The translations under genes and the position numbers were made by a program. Under the pieces are notes generated by a model that worked only from the letters and a program-made list of their open reading frames with translations, searched no databases and had not been told where the DNA came from. From an uncultured Chloroflexia bacterium (GTDB lineage: Bacteria > Chloroflexota > Limnocylindria > Limnocylindrales > CSP1-4): a DNA stretch of 64,000 nt. The stretch is taken from NCBI GenBank assembly GCA_963780425.1, contig CAWABZ010000004.1, forward strand, positions 20,714 through 84,713. The letters run 5' to 3'. Below, piece after piece: positions 31,109 through 41,067 of this stretch; position 1 is the first letter of the stretch, and each line of letters begins with the position of its first letter.

Positions 31109-32704
31109 CCGACGCGCGATCCTCGGGAGGGTGATGCTCGCGTTCGAGGGGGAGGTGCTGCCGGAGGCAGTGGCGGCGTCGGCTGGCTCGTGGGCCGGTG
31201 GCCGGCGTGACGTTGTTCCGGCACTACAACGTGAGGACGCCGGGGCAGGTCCGGGAGTTGACCGAGGCGGTGCAGGCAGCGGCACGGCCGGTTCGCGGCT
31301 GGTCCGTCGCCTCGCCGGTCCTCGTCGGCGCCGACCAGGAGGGCGGGCAGTTCATCGGTCTCGGTGACGGGTCGACGCCGTTCGCCGGCAACATGGCGCT
31401 CGGCGCCGTCGACGACGATGGGTTGACCGAGCGCGTCGGTCGCGCGATCGGTGCCGAGGCGCGCGCGATGGGCGTCAACGTCGTCTACGCGCCGGTGCTC
31501 GACATCGCGTCGAACCCTTCGAACCCGGCCCTCGGGATCAGGGCGTTCGGCGACGACCCGGCGCTCGTCGCGCGGCACGGGGCGGCCATGGTCCGCGGCC
31601 TCCAGTCGGCAGGCGTGGCGGCCACCGTGAAGCACGCTCCGGGAGCGGGGGAGGCGGCCGCCGATCCGCACCATGGGCTCGCCACGGTCGGCGCCTCGCG
31701 CGCGATCCTTGAGACGCGCGAGTTCGTGCCGTTCCGCGCGGCGTTCGCGGCGGGAGCTCGGATGGCGATGTCGGCGCACGTCGCGTTGCCGGCCGTGACC
31801 GGTCGCGACGACCTGCCGTCGACGCTGTCGCGGGCCGTCATGACCGACCTGTTGCGGCGCGATCTGGGCTTCGAGGGCGTGACGATCTCCGATGCGCTCG
31901 ACATGGGGGCGCTCGCCCAGGGTCCCGACCAGGTGGTCGACGTCGTCGCGGCCGTGAGGGCCGGCGTCGACCTGCTGCTGTGCGCCGCGGATCCGGCCGC
32001 GATCGAACGGATCGAGCGGACCCTCGTTCAGGCCGCGGACCGCGGGCTGTTCGACGAGGCCGAGGTGGCCGGCACGGAACGTCGTGTGGCAGCTCTCCGG
32101 TCGTGGCTCGGCTCGGTCGGTGCCGCGCCGGACCTTGCGGTCGTCGGTGGCGCCGAGCATCGGGCGCTCGCCGCGGAGCTCGCGGCTCGATCGATCACGC
32201 TGGTGCGCGATCCGGCCGCGCTCCTGCCGGTTCGCTGGGGCGCGCACCGCCACATCCTCGCGATCATGCCCCGACCGTCCGACCTGACCCCGGCCGACAC
32301 GTCCTCGACGGTCGCGCCCGCCCTCGCGGCCGCCCTCCGCCGCTACCATGCGGACGTGGACGAGGTGGTGGTCGAACCCGAACCGAGCGCGGCAGACATC
32401 GCCGCGATCCGTGACCGGGCGCACGCCGCGGACCTCGCGGTCATCGGCACCATCGACGGGCATCGGCTCCGTTCGCAGCTCGATCTCGTCGACGCCGTCG
32501 CGTCGACCGGCACGCCGACGATCGCCGTCGCGCTGCGCGGGCCATGGGATGTGGCGGCTTACCCGGCTGGCGTGACGGCCCTGGCGACCTACTCGATCCT
32601 GCCGGGCTCCCTCGAGGCGCTGGCCGCGGTCCTCGCCGGCGAGGCTGGTGCGCCCGGCCGCCTCCCGGTCAGCGTGGGGCACGCCGGCCGTCCCGGCCGC
32701 ATGA
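31105..32704 (+). CDS. nagZ: GH3 beta-N-acetylhexosaminidase (indels near both ends)
   Basis: ADQEGG, APVLDI, RAFGDDP, KHAPGAG...DPH, ISDALDM; C-terminal GH3 domain. Confidence 0.85.
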
Positions 32705-33738
32705 CGCTCCGCGACGAGATCCTCGAACAGCCCGAGGTCGCGGCGCGCTTCCTGCGACGCGCCCCCGAGGTCGTCGGGCCATTCGCCGACACGCTCCGCG
32801 ACCGCGGCGTCGACCACGTGGTCATCGCGGCGCGCGGCACCAGCGACCACGCCGCGATCTACGCCCAGTACGTCCTCGGCGTGCGGCACGCGCTGTCGGT
32901 CGGGCTGGGGACGCCGTCGGTCATCTCGCTGTACGGCGCCCAACCGCGGCTCGACCGCTCGCTCGTCGTCGGGATCAGCCAGTCGGGCGCGTCGCCCGAC
33001 GTCGTGGCGGTCATCGAGGCCGGTCGCCGCCAGGGCGCGCCGACGCTCGCGATCACCAACGACCCCGGGTCGCCGCTGGCACTGGCGGCCGAGACATCGA
33101 TCGACCTCGGGGCGGGGCCTGAGCTGGCGGTCGCGGCGACCAAGACCTACACCACCGAGCTGCTGGCGATCGCCGCCTTGTCGGCGGCCATGACGGGAGA
33201 TCCAGCCGACAGCGCGGCCCTCGTCGCGATCCCGGATGCGATGGCCGCGGCGCTCGATCTGGAGCCCGACGTCGAGTCGATGGCGCGCGACCAGGCCGAC
33301 GCGGACCGCCTGCTGGTCCTCGCGCGCGGGTACGAATATGCGACCGCTCGCGAGTGGGCGCTCAAGCTCAAGGAGCTGGCACGGGTCTTCGCCGACCCGT
33401 ACTCCGCCGCCGACTTCGAGCACGGGCCGCTCGCCCTGCTCGAGCCCGGCGTCCCGGTCCTCGCGACGGTCCGGCCCGGTCCGACGGAGGCGCCGCTCGT
33501 CGCGTTGCTCGAGCGGTTGCGCGCCGAACTCGACGCGGAGATCGCCGTCGTCTCCGATCGGCCGGCCGCGCTCGCGGTCGCGCGCTGGCCGTTCGCGCTC
33601 GCGGACGGGACGCCGGAATGGCTCGGTCCGATCGTGTCGATCGTGATCGGCCAGCTCCATGCGCTCCACCTGACCCAGGCGCGCGGCCTCGATCCGGAAC
33701 GGCCGCGCAACCTCAACAAGGTGACCCGCACGCGCTGA
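32701..33738 (+). CDS. Double SIS-domain protein (glucosamine-6-phosphate deaminase/GlmS C-terminal-like)
   Basis: MTLRDEILEQPE, ARGTSDHAA, ISQSGASPD, VAATKTYT, EWALKLKE, HGPLAL, PRNLNKVTRT. Confidence 0.9.
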   Translation: MTLRDEILEQPEVAARFLRRAPEVVGPFADTLRDRGVDHVVIAARGTSDHAAIYAQYVLGVRHALSVGLGTPSVISLYGAQPRLDRSLVVGISQSGASPDVVAVIEAGRRQGAPTLAITNDPGSPLALAAETSIDLGAGPELAVAATKTYTTELLAIAALSAAMTGDPADSAALVAIPDAMAAALDLEPDVESMARDQADADRLLVLARGYEYATAREWALKLKELARVFADPYSAADFEHGPLALLEPGVPVLATVRPGPTEAPLVALLERLRAELDAEIAVVSDRPAALAVARWPFALADGTPEWLGPIVSIVIGQLHALHLTQARGLDPERPRNLNKVTRTR

Positions 33739-33893
33739 ACACAGGCTCGGAACTCGGGCCTGCGTTGATGCGTCGTGCATCCGATCGTCAGCCCGAGACG
33801 AATCCTGCGGTGACAACGGGCCACGCCGTTTCCCCCGTCACGCCGGTTTCGGTCTTACACTGCGCCAACGACATCGAGAGACTCGGAGGGTCG

Positions 33894-34334
33894 ATGCGTC
33901 GCCGTCGCATCTGGTTGAGACGTCTCACGAAGGCCGCCGCCACGGTGGTCGTCGGAGCGATGCTCGGTTTTCTGGTGCCGAGCGTCCTCGCCGACATGAA
34001 CGCCAAGCCCGAGGTCCAGGCGCAGAGCGCCGAATCGCCGGTCGCGCGTCAGTTCATCACAGCGTTCGTCGCGGATGACCAGGCGACTCTCGACCTCCTG
34101 CAGATCGGTGCCGACACGAAGGCCAAGGCCTCTCGCTTCAAGGCCGAGTACGTCAAGGTCGACCCGCCGGTGCACCTCGGGTCGTGGATCATCGGTGGCG
34201 GCCTGACCCTCCACGCGTACGCGGCCCACGTGGTCGATCAGTCCGGTGTCGAGGACCAGCTGGCCTGGCGGGTCGCGACCGGGGCCGGCAGCGTCGGTCT
34301 CATCGACCCGCCCGCATCGACGACGACACCATGA
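33894..34334 (+). CDS. Hypothetical membrane-anchored/secreted protein
   Basis: GGAGG RBS; basic N-terminus, hydrophobic helix, then SPVARQFITAFVADD. Confidence 0.7.
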   Translation: MRRRRIWLRRLTKAAATVVVGAMLGFLVPSVLADMNAKPEVQAQSAESPVARQFITAFVADDQATLDLLQIGADTKAKASRFKAEYVKVDPPVHLGSWIIGGGLTLHAYAAHVVDQSGVEDQLAWRVATGAGSVGLIDPPASTTTP

Positions 34335-35098
34335 CGAGCGAACCCGTGCGCGAACCGGACGCCGACGAGCCCGTCGTGGAGCCGCGCACCGAACCCGAGA
34401 CGCCCGCGCAGACCGAACCGGTGGGCTCGGAGGACGCCGTCGCCGCGACCGCGGCTGGCGAGGACGCGACGGCAGCCGTCGAAGGGCAGCCGAAGATCGA
34501 AGGGCAGTCCACCCCCGAAGCGACAGCGACCGCGATGGCTGCAGAAACCGCGCTCGACGTCCCGGCCGGAGGTGGCGACGCCGCCGCCGTCGACACGCCC
34601 GTGGTCCCCGCGACCCCCGAGGCGACGCCGACCGTCGAGCCCACGACGGAAACCGCGAAACCACGCCGGCGCACGGTGGTCATCGCCGGCCTTCGGCGCG
34701 TGCTCGCATTCGCCCTGTCGGTCCTCCTGTTCGCCGGCGGGGTAGCCATCGGTCTCAGGGTCTTCGAGATGAACCGGCCTGCCGCCCCGGTGACGGCGAC
34801 GATCGACCCTGCGGCGACGCCACCCGCTGTCGCGCAGGAATTCATCAGGGCGCTCGCCACCAACGACGCGGATGCGCTGCGTTCGTCGCTCGATCAGCAG
34901 CCCCACAAGGACATCACGGACGAGATGACGCAATTCGGCATCCATCGTGTCCAGAGCATCGAGACGTTGAAGACCGAGATCGACGGCACCCGGTCGGCCA
35001 CGGAGATCATGATGATGGCCGAGAACGCCGACGGCCTCGGGTTCGGCATCAACCTAGTCATCCTCGTCGATGGCGGGAAGATCGAGGGCTTCCGATGA
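34331..35098 (+). CDS. Hypothetical single-pass membrane protein with acidic disordered N-terminus
   Basis: ATGA-coupled; TM VLAFALSVLLFAGGVAIGL; C-domain PAVAQEFIRALATNDADAL...ILVDGGKIEGFR. Confidence 0.7.
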   Translation: MTSEPVREPDADEPVVEPRTEPETPAQTEPVGSEDAVAATAAGEDATAAVEGQPKIEGQSTPEATATAMAAETALDVPAGGGDAAAVDTPVVPATPEATPTVEPTTETAKPRRRTVVIAGLRRVLAFALSVLLFAGGVAIGLRVFEMNRPAAPVTATIDPAATPPAVAQEFIRALATNDADALRSSLDQQPHKDITDEMTQFGIHRVQSIETLKTEIDGTRSATEIMMMAENADGLGFGINLVILVDGGKIEGFR

Positions 35099-37092
35099 AG
35101 GTAGGACCGCCGAAAGTCGGGTCGCCGATCCCGAAGGTGCGCGGCGCCGGATCCCACATGGCTTTCCTGTGGGACAAGAACCTGATGCGGCTGGCCGTGC
35201 TCATCACCGTCCTGGCGGTTCTGGTCGCCCTGAACGGGGTGCGTGGCGTCATCGAGGGCGCGATCTCGGCGATCGGCCTCCTGCCGCTCCTGGCCCTCCA
35301 GATGATGTTCGTGGCCTTCCTGATCATCTTCCAGTTCGTGATCATGTTCTGGTTCCTGTCGCGACCGCGGAAGTACACGACCACACCCGACGACGCCCAG
35401 ATCGACCTCTCGTTCGAGAACTACCGGGGTCAGCCCGACCTCCTCGAGCATGCCAAGAGCACGGTCAGGATCCTGCGCGGCCAGAGCGCGTTCAAGGCGG
35501 CGGGCGGCGAGATGCCGAAGGGCATGCTGCTGTCCGGCCTCCCGGGTACCGGCAAGACGTTCCTGGCAGGCTGCATCGCCGCCGAGGGAAAGCTCCCGTT
35601 CATCTATATCGACGCGTCGTCGTTGCGCGGCATGTTCTGGGGCATGGACGCGCTGATGGTCATGAAGTTGTTCCGTGACGCCCGCGGTCTGGCCCGAAAG
35701 TACGCCGAACCCGGCGAGCGCGGCGTCTGCATCCTGTTCGTCGACGAGCTCGATTCCATCGGTCTCGCGCGCGGAGGACAGGGGACCGGCGTCGGGATGC
35801 CCGGCGGCGTCTTCGGCGGCGGGTCCGGCGGACTCAACACCCTGCTCAACCAGATGGACTCGCTCGGCGACCACGTGGAGGATCGCTGGTTCCACAAGCT
35901 GCTTCGCTGGTTCGGGATCGTCCGCGGACCCGTCAGGAACAAGCCACTCGTGTTCGTGATCGGGGCGACCAACCGCCCCGAGGTCCTGGACTCGGCGTTG
36001 ACGCGACCCGGCCGACTGGATCGCATCCTCGAGGTGTACGCGCCCGATGGCGACGGTCGGCGCGACATCATCACGCACTACCTCGCCAAGAAGCAGCACG
36101 ACCCCGACATCGACATCGATTTCATGATCGGCGACTCGATCGGATGGACCCCGGCGATGATCAAGACGATCATCAACGAGGCACTCGTCTCCGCCCACGA
36201 AGAAGGGCGCGACCGGCTGACCTATCGCGACTGGCTGGCCGCGGCCGACGCCCGGACGCTGGGGCTCAAGCAGCCGATCCGACGGATGCACGAGGACGAC
36301 CGCCGGTCGATCGCGTATCACGAGGCCGGCCACGCCGTGGCCGCCTACTACCTCCAGCCCGAGAACCGGATCATCAAGGCGACGATCATCCGGCGCGGTG
36401 GTGCGCTGGGTGTCGTCCAGCCGCAGCCGCGCGAGGAGCGCTATACCCGCCACGCGCGCCAGTTCGAGACCCAGATCATGACGTTCCTCGGGTCGCGCGC
36501 GGTCGAGGAGGAGATCCTCGAGACGAAGATGACCGGCGCGTCCTCGGACCTGATGGTCGCGTCGTCGATCGCCCTGAGCTACTGCGGCATCTTCGGGATG
36601 GGCTCCGGGCTGCTCGTCATGCCGCCGCAGCAGAACGCGCTTTCCTACCCGATGCCGATCGCCCGGATGGCCGCGTCCCTGCTCGACACGCTGATGATCG
36701 AGACGAAGCGGCTGGTGCGCGAGAAGGAGTACGCCGTCCACGCGGTGGCCGCGGCGCTCCTGGAGAAGGGCGAGCTGATCGGGACCGAGCTGGAAGCCGT
36801 GTTCGAACAGGCGGACGCGCAGAACGCGGATGCGGCCGCGCCGTTCGAGCGCCAGCTCTTCTCGCTGCCGCGCCTGTTCGACGAGCCGGGTCAGGGCGCC
36901 CCGGGCGCAAGCGAATGGCCGGCCGACTCGTCCGGGGCCGCGGCGGCGTCCTGGGAACTGCTCGGCGAGCCCGGCTCGGCGCTCCCGTCGCGAACGTCGT
37001 GGACTCTGTACCTGGACCCCGGTCAGATCCCGCCGGACGACTACCACGCTCCGCCGAAGTTCCGGCCGGGGGATCGCCAGCCCCGCGACTGA
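35095..37092 (+). CDS. FtsH-like membrane AAA+ zinc metalloprotease (M41), atypical paralogue
   Basis: Two N-terminal TMs, GLPGTGKT, ILFVDELD, ATNRPEVLDSALTRPGRLDR, HEAGH, GASSDL. Confidence 0.9.
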   Translation: MKVGPPKVGSPIPKVRGAGSHMAFLWDKNLMRLAVLITVLAVLVALNGVRGVIEGAISAIGLLPLLALQMMFVAFLIIFQFVIMFWFLSRPRKYTTTPDDAQIDLSFENYRGQPDLLEHAKSTVRILRGQSAFKAAGGEMPKGMLLSGLPGTGKTFLAGCIAAEGKLPFIYIDASSLRGMFWGMDALMVMKLFRDARGLARKYAEPGERGVCILFVDELDSIGLARGGQGTGVGMPGGVFGGGSGGLNTLLNQMDSLGDHVEDRWFHKLLRWFGIVRGPVRNKPLVFVIGATNRPEVLDSALTRPGRLDRILEVYAPDGDGRRDIITHYLAKKQHDPDIDIDFMIGDSIGWTPAMIKTIINEALVSAHEEGRDRLTYRDWLAAADARTLGLKQPIRRMHEDDRRSIAYHEAGHAVAAYYLQPENRIIKATIIRRGGALGVVQPQPREERYTRHARQFETQIMTFLGSRAVEEEILETKMTGASSDLMVASSIALSYCGIFGMGSGLLVMPPQQNALSYPMPIARMAASLLDTLMIETKRLVREKEYAVHAVAAALLEKGELIGTELEAVFEQADAQNADAAAPFERQLFSLPRLFDEPGQGAPGASEWPADSSGAAAASWELLGEPGSALPSRTSWTLYLDPGQIPPDDYHAPPKFRPGDRQPRD

Positions 37093-37159
37093 AACCTTTC
37101 GGGCGGCCGAAGGGCGGCCAGGGCCCGCCCTCCGGACGCCGCGCAATCCGGGGAGGCGC

Positions 37160-37220
37160 CCGACCGGGCACATCAGCCGGACGGCGCGCGCCGACCGGGC
37201 CCAATCGCCGGACGGCGCGC
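37160..37220 (+). repeat. Two imperfect ~30-bp tandem repeats
   Basis: CCGACCGGGC(ACATCA/CCAATC)GCCGGACGGCGCGC twice. Confidence 0.7.
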
Positions 37221-37267
37221 AGGTGTCGATAAGTCTGGGTTGAGCGTTGCTCGCCAGAGTCCGCCCT

Positions 37268-38041
37268 ATGGACTCGATGCAGCGGTGCGGCGCCACATTT
37301 CGGGCCGTCCGGATCAAGCGCGGTTGGCGTCAGGTGGACGTCGCTGCGCGAGCCCGCGTGCACCGGTCGGTCGTTTCGGCTGTCGAGCGCGGCCATCTCG
37401 AGCAGGTGTCGATCGGCACGCTCCTCGAGATCGCGCGCGCCCTGGAGATCCAGGTCACGTTCGGCACTCGATGGCGAGCCGGCGATCTCGACCGACTCGT
37501 CAGCGGGCGACATTCTCGGCTTCACGAAGCAGTCGGTGCCTGGTTCGCCACCGCGCTGCCCGACTGGATCCTCGCCCCGGAAGTCTCGTTCTCGATCTTC
37601 GGCGAACGGGGGATCATCGACATCCTGGCCTGGCACCCCGGCCGGCGCGCCCTTCTGGTGATCGAGCTCAAGACCGATCTCGCCGATGTGAACGAGCTGA
37701 TCGGCAGCATGGATCGGCGCCGGCGGCTCGCGTGGGACATCGCCAAGGACCGAGGATGGGAGCCGCTCACCGTCTCGACCTGGGTGCTCGTAGCCGGAGG
37801 ACGGACGAACCGCGCTCGGATCTCCGCGCACAGAACGCTGCTCCGCACGGCATTCCCGGTCGATGGACGGACTGTCGTGGGTTGGTTGCGTCGGCCCGAT
37901 CGGGAGGTCCATGCGTTATCGCTCTGGGATCGGGTGCGTGATGACGGCGGAGGTTCCGGCGAGTTTGCGGCCCGGCATCGGGTGCGGCGAGGCCCGTCTC
38001 GTCGGGCCGACCATGAACTACGCGGATGGCAGCGACCTTAG
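37268..38041 (+). CDS. XRE-type HTH fused to PD-(D/E)XK nuclease-like domain
   Basis: RAVRIKRGWRQVDVAARARVHRSVVSAVERG; EVSFSIFGERGIIDILAW...LLVIELKT. Confidence 0.8.
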   Translation: MDSMQRCGATFRAVRIKRGWRQVDVAARARVHRSVVSAVERGHLEQVSIGTLLEIARALEIQVTFGTRWRAGDLDRLVSGRHSRLHEAVGAWFATALPDWILAPEVSFSIFGERGIIDILAWHPGRRALLVIELKTDLADVNELIGSMDRRRRLAWDIAKDRGWEPLTVSTWVLVAGGRTNRARISAHRTLLRTAFPVDGRTVVGWLRRPDREVHALSLWDRVRDDGGGSGEFAARHRVRRGPSRRADHELRGWQRP

Positions 38042-38196
38042 GTCCGGAACATGTCGGTGAGACCTCGCTCTAGGCCCGCCGACCAGCCATAAGGCCGCTG
38101 TGGATGCGCGATGTGCATGGTCGACGGCGCTGAAGCAGTCGATGGCGGCCCGGAGCTGGACATTGCGTCGCTGTGATGCGCGTACTTCATGGTTGG
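38007..38196 (+). repeat. ~190-bp three-unit palindromic element, copy 1
   Basis: Units of ~36 bp (consensus ~CGACCATG(A/C)AnnnCGCGCATnnCAGCG(A/G)CCTTA(T/G)G) at 38007-38042(+), 38087-38123(-), 38159-38196(-). Confidence 0.8.
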
Positions 38197-38272
38197 GGGG
38201 GACGCCGGGGGGCGGCCGGGATGGCCGGGGCGGTCGGGCCGGTACGCGGGCGGAGCGGGCCGCCACTCCTCC

Positions 38273-39133
38273 CTAGAGGTCGCGCCGCCGCAGCGAGATG
38301 ACCGCCAGGACAAGCACGACCACGATCCACGCCACGCTCCACGCGAGGAACGTCGCGGGCGGTGGCGCGGAAGCGAAGAACGGGTTGGCGTCGGCCGCCT
38401 CCCCGGCACCGCTCATCGCGCCGGCGATGACGACCTGCGGCTCGAGGTTGTAGATCGCCCCCCGCCACAGCCCGTCGCTTGGCAGGAGCCAGCGCGACGC
38501 CTCGGCCGCCGCGACCAGGGGTCCCGCGTCGAAGAATCGCCCGATGCCCGCGAAGACGCCGGCCATCCAGCCCAGGCCGAACAGGACGACGCAGATCGCC
38601 CCACCGGCGATCGCCGGCAGCCGCGTGCTCAGCAGCATCGCGAACGTGAGCAGGACGACCGCCTGGGCCGCCAGGAAGACAACGGCCAGCAATGGCTGCG
38701 GCGGCGTGTAGCCGGACACCAACCGGACCGCCGCGATCTCGAGCAGCCCGGAGCTGGCGGCATAGGCCGCGATCACGACCACGAGACCGAGCCACCGGCC
38801 GACGATCAGGTCGGCTCGACGGATCGGCCTCGCGAGCATGGCGTGTGCCACGCCGGAATCGAGGTCCGCGGCGATCGCCGGCGCCCCGAGGAACGCGGCG
38901 GTCATGGCCAGCACGAAGCTGAACATGAACGCCACGAGGATCTGGACCTGCGAGACCCCGAGCGCGATCTCGAGATCGGACGTCCCGCCGTCGCGCGCGA
39001 GCGTCACGAGTCGCTCGATGCCCCACGTCGTGAGCGCGACGCTGACCACCGTCAGCGCGAACAGGACCGCGAGGATGCGCCGTCGAGCCGTCTCCGCGAC
39101 GGTCAAGCGGGCGATGATCAGGATCGCTCTCAC
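38273..39133 (-). CDS. ABC-2 type transporter permease
   Basis: IARLTVAETARRR, IAADLDSG...LARPIRRADLIVGRWLG, terminal LRRRDL; about 6 TMs. Confidence 0.88.
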   Translation of the reverse strand: MRAILIIARLTVAETARRRILAVLFALTVVSVALTTWGIERLVTLARDGGTSDLEIALGVSQVQILVAFMFSFVLAMTAAFLGAPAIAADLDSGVAHAMLARPIRRADLIVGRWLGLVVVIAAYAASSGLLEIAAVRLVSGYTPPQPLLAVVFLAAQAVVLLTFAMLLSTRLPAIAGGAICVVLFGLGWMAGVFAGIGRFFDAGPLVAAAEASRWLLPSDGLWRGAIYNLEPQVVIAGAMSGAGEAADANPFFASAPPPATFLAWSVAWIVVVLVLAVISLRRRDL

Positions 39134-40068
39134 GGCCGCTCGGTCCCGTCGCCGACGACGTGCATGAACAGCTCCTCGAGCGTGCCGCGACCGGTGTCCA
39201 CAGCGTGAACGCGGCCCCCGGCCGTCACGATCGCCGCGACGACGTCGGGGATGTCGTCGTCGCTGACGCCCGTGATCGTGAGCCAGCCGTCGTCATCGGT
39301 CTCGACCGCCCCGAAACGTGCCAGGCCGTCGAGCGCCGTCGCCGGAAGGTCGGTCACGCGGACACGCAGCTGGGGGTCGCCGAGCAGGTCGTCGATCCGG
39401 CCGCTGGCGAGCACCCGGCCGTGGTCGACGATCGCGACGCGATCGCACACGCGCTCGACCTCGGTCAGGAGGTGGCTGTTGAGGAAGATCGTCGCGCCGG
39501 CCTCGCGGGCACGTCGGACGATCGCGCGGACATCGGCGCGCCCGACCGGGTCGAGCGCGGAGGTCGGTTCGTCGAGGATCACGAGGTGTGGGTTCCCGAG
39601 CAGTGCCACCGCCAGCCCGAGTCGTTGCTGCATGCCCTTCGAGTAGCCGCCGACGGCGTCCCCGGCGCGGTCGGACAGGCCCACGTCGTCGAGCGCACCG
39701 TCGATCGCGGCGGCCGGCGCCCGCGCGCCGCCATCCACCGCCCGAAGTCGGGCGTGCAGCTCCAGCACCTCCCGCGCGCGCAGCCACGGTTGGTAGCGGA
39801 AGAGCTCTGGCAGGTAGCCGATCTCGCGCCGCGCGGCACGATCGCCGAGCGGCGCGCCGAGGACCGTCGCGTCGCCCCCCGTCGCGCGCGCAAGCCCGAG
39901 GAGCAGCTTCACCGCCGTCGTCTTGCCTGCCCCGTTCGGACCGAGGAAGCCGAAGATCTCGCCCGGCTGGACGCGCAGGGTCAGGTCGACGAGGGCATCG
40001 GTCGAGCCGTAGCGCTTCGCCAGGCCACGTGTGTCGATGATCGCGCCACCCGGGGCGGCAGCGCTCAT
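39130..40068 (-). CDS. ABC transporter ATP-binding protein
   Basis: GPNGAGKTT, YSKGMQQR, LDEPTSALD, NSH. Confidence 0.93.
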   Translation of the reverse strand: MSAAAPGGAIIDTRGLAKRYGSTDALVDLTLRVQPGEIFGFLGPNGAGKTTAVKLLLGLARATGGDATVLGAPLGDRAARREIGYLPELFRYQPWLRAREVLELHARLRAVDGGARAPAAAIDGALDDVGLSDRAGDAVGGYSKGMQQRLGLAVALLGNPHLVILDEPTSALDPVGRADVRAIVRRAREAGATIFLNSHLLTEVERVCDRVAIVDHGRVLASGRIDDLLGDPQLRVRVTDLPATALDGLARFGAVETDDDGWLTITGVSDDDIPDVVAAIVTAGGRVHAVDTGRGTLEELFMHVVGDGTERP

Positions 40069-40075
40069 CGGCCGG

Positions 40076-41023
40076 TTACAGGCCGGAGTACGAGTGCAGC
40101 CCGCTGAACCAGAGCGAGCCGGAGTACGTCACGAGGACCATGCCGAACCCGACCACCAGCAGCAGCGCGGCCGGCCGTCCCGCCCACGAGCGCTGGTTGC
40201 GGGCGTGGAGGTAGACCGCGTAGATCAGCCACGTCACGAGGGCCGCGGTCTCCTTCGGGTCCCAGCCCCAGTAGCGCGACCAGGCGATCGACGCCCACCA
40301 CGAGCCGAGGATGATCATCGTCGCGAAGATCGGGAAACCGATGATCACCGCCCGGTAGGCGACCTCGTCGAGGACCTTGTGCGACGGCAGCCAGGCGAAC
40401 CGATCGTGCCTGCCCTGGATCAGATAGCCGACCCCGGCAGCGAACGCGGTCGCGAAGATCCCGTACGACAGCACCGCCATCCCGACATGGATCGTCAGGA
40501 GCGGCGGGTTCTGGAGAGCCGGCACCAGCTGCGAGATCTCGCGCGGCAGCGACGACGCGTACAACAGCAACGCCAGGGCGACGCCGAGCGGCAGGAAGCC
40601 GATCGAGCGGATGGGATAGCGGCGGGCGAGCAGTGCATAGCCCGCGACCATCGAGGTCGCGAACGCGACCGTGAACTCGAACATGTTGCCCCACGGCCCG
40701 CGCCCGACCACGATGCCGCGCAGGAGCAGGGAAGCGCCGAGCGCGGCCGCCGCGAGGATCGTCAACCAGGTCGCCGCGACGGACAGCGGGCTCGGTGAAG
40801 CCGCGACCGACGGCCCGCCGGTGGCGCCGCGCGAGGACGTCGTCACGAACGCGCCCGTCACGACACCTGCATACGCCGGCTGGCTCGCGGCGCCCAGCGC
40901 GGAGAGTGCCACTCGCCGTCCGTTCGCCAGCATCACGGCGTGACCGACATGCGCCGCGAACGCGAGCGCGACGAGGACGACCCCGATGGGGAAGAGGATC
41001 GACGAGAGTTCGGCCATGGTCAT
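40076..41023 (-). CDS. ccsA: Cytochrome c biogenesis protein CcsA/ResC (system II)
   Basis: GRGPWGNMFE, LVPALQ, WWD domain WASIAWSRYWGWDPKET, YLHAR, GLHSY. Confidence 0.92.
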   Translation of the reverse strand: MTMAELSSILFPIGVVLVALAFAAHVGHAVMLANGRRVALSALGAASQPAYAGVVTGAFVTTSSRGATGGPSVAASPSPLSVAATWLTILAAAALGASLLLRGIVVGRGPWGNMFEFTVAFATSMVAGYALLARRYPIRSIGFLPLGVALALLLYASSLPREISQLVPALQNPPLLTIHVGMAVLSYGIFATAFAAGVGYLIQGRHDRFAWLPSHKVLDEVAYRAVIIGFPIFATMIILGSWWASIAWSRYWGWDPKETAALVTWLIYAVYLHARNQRSWAGRPAALLLVVGFGMVLVTYSGSLWFSGLHSYSGL

Positions 41024-41067
41024 CGCCTCGTTGACGTTCGGCGCGGGTCCGCGGTTGCGGCCGGGCC

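Noticed and set aside
31198-33738. Apparent 846-aa GH3-SIS fusion protein
   Set aside because: The SIS part has its own ATG at 32701 within an ATGA overlap, and a one-base shift in the G-run near 32677 ends GH3 as GTPAVPAA* exactly there; most likely an indel artefact
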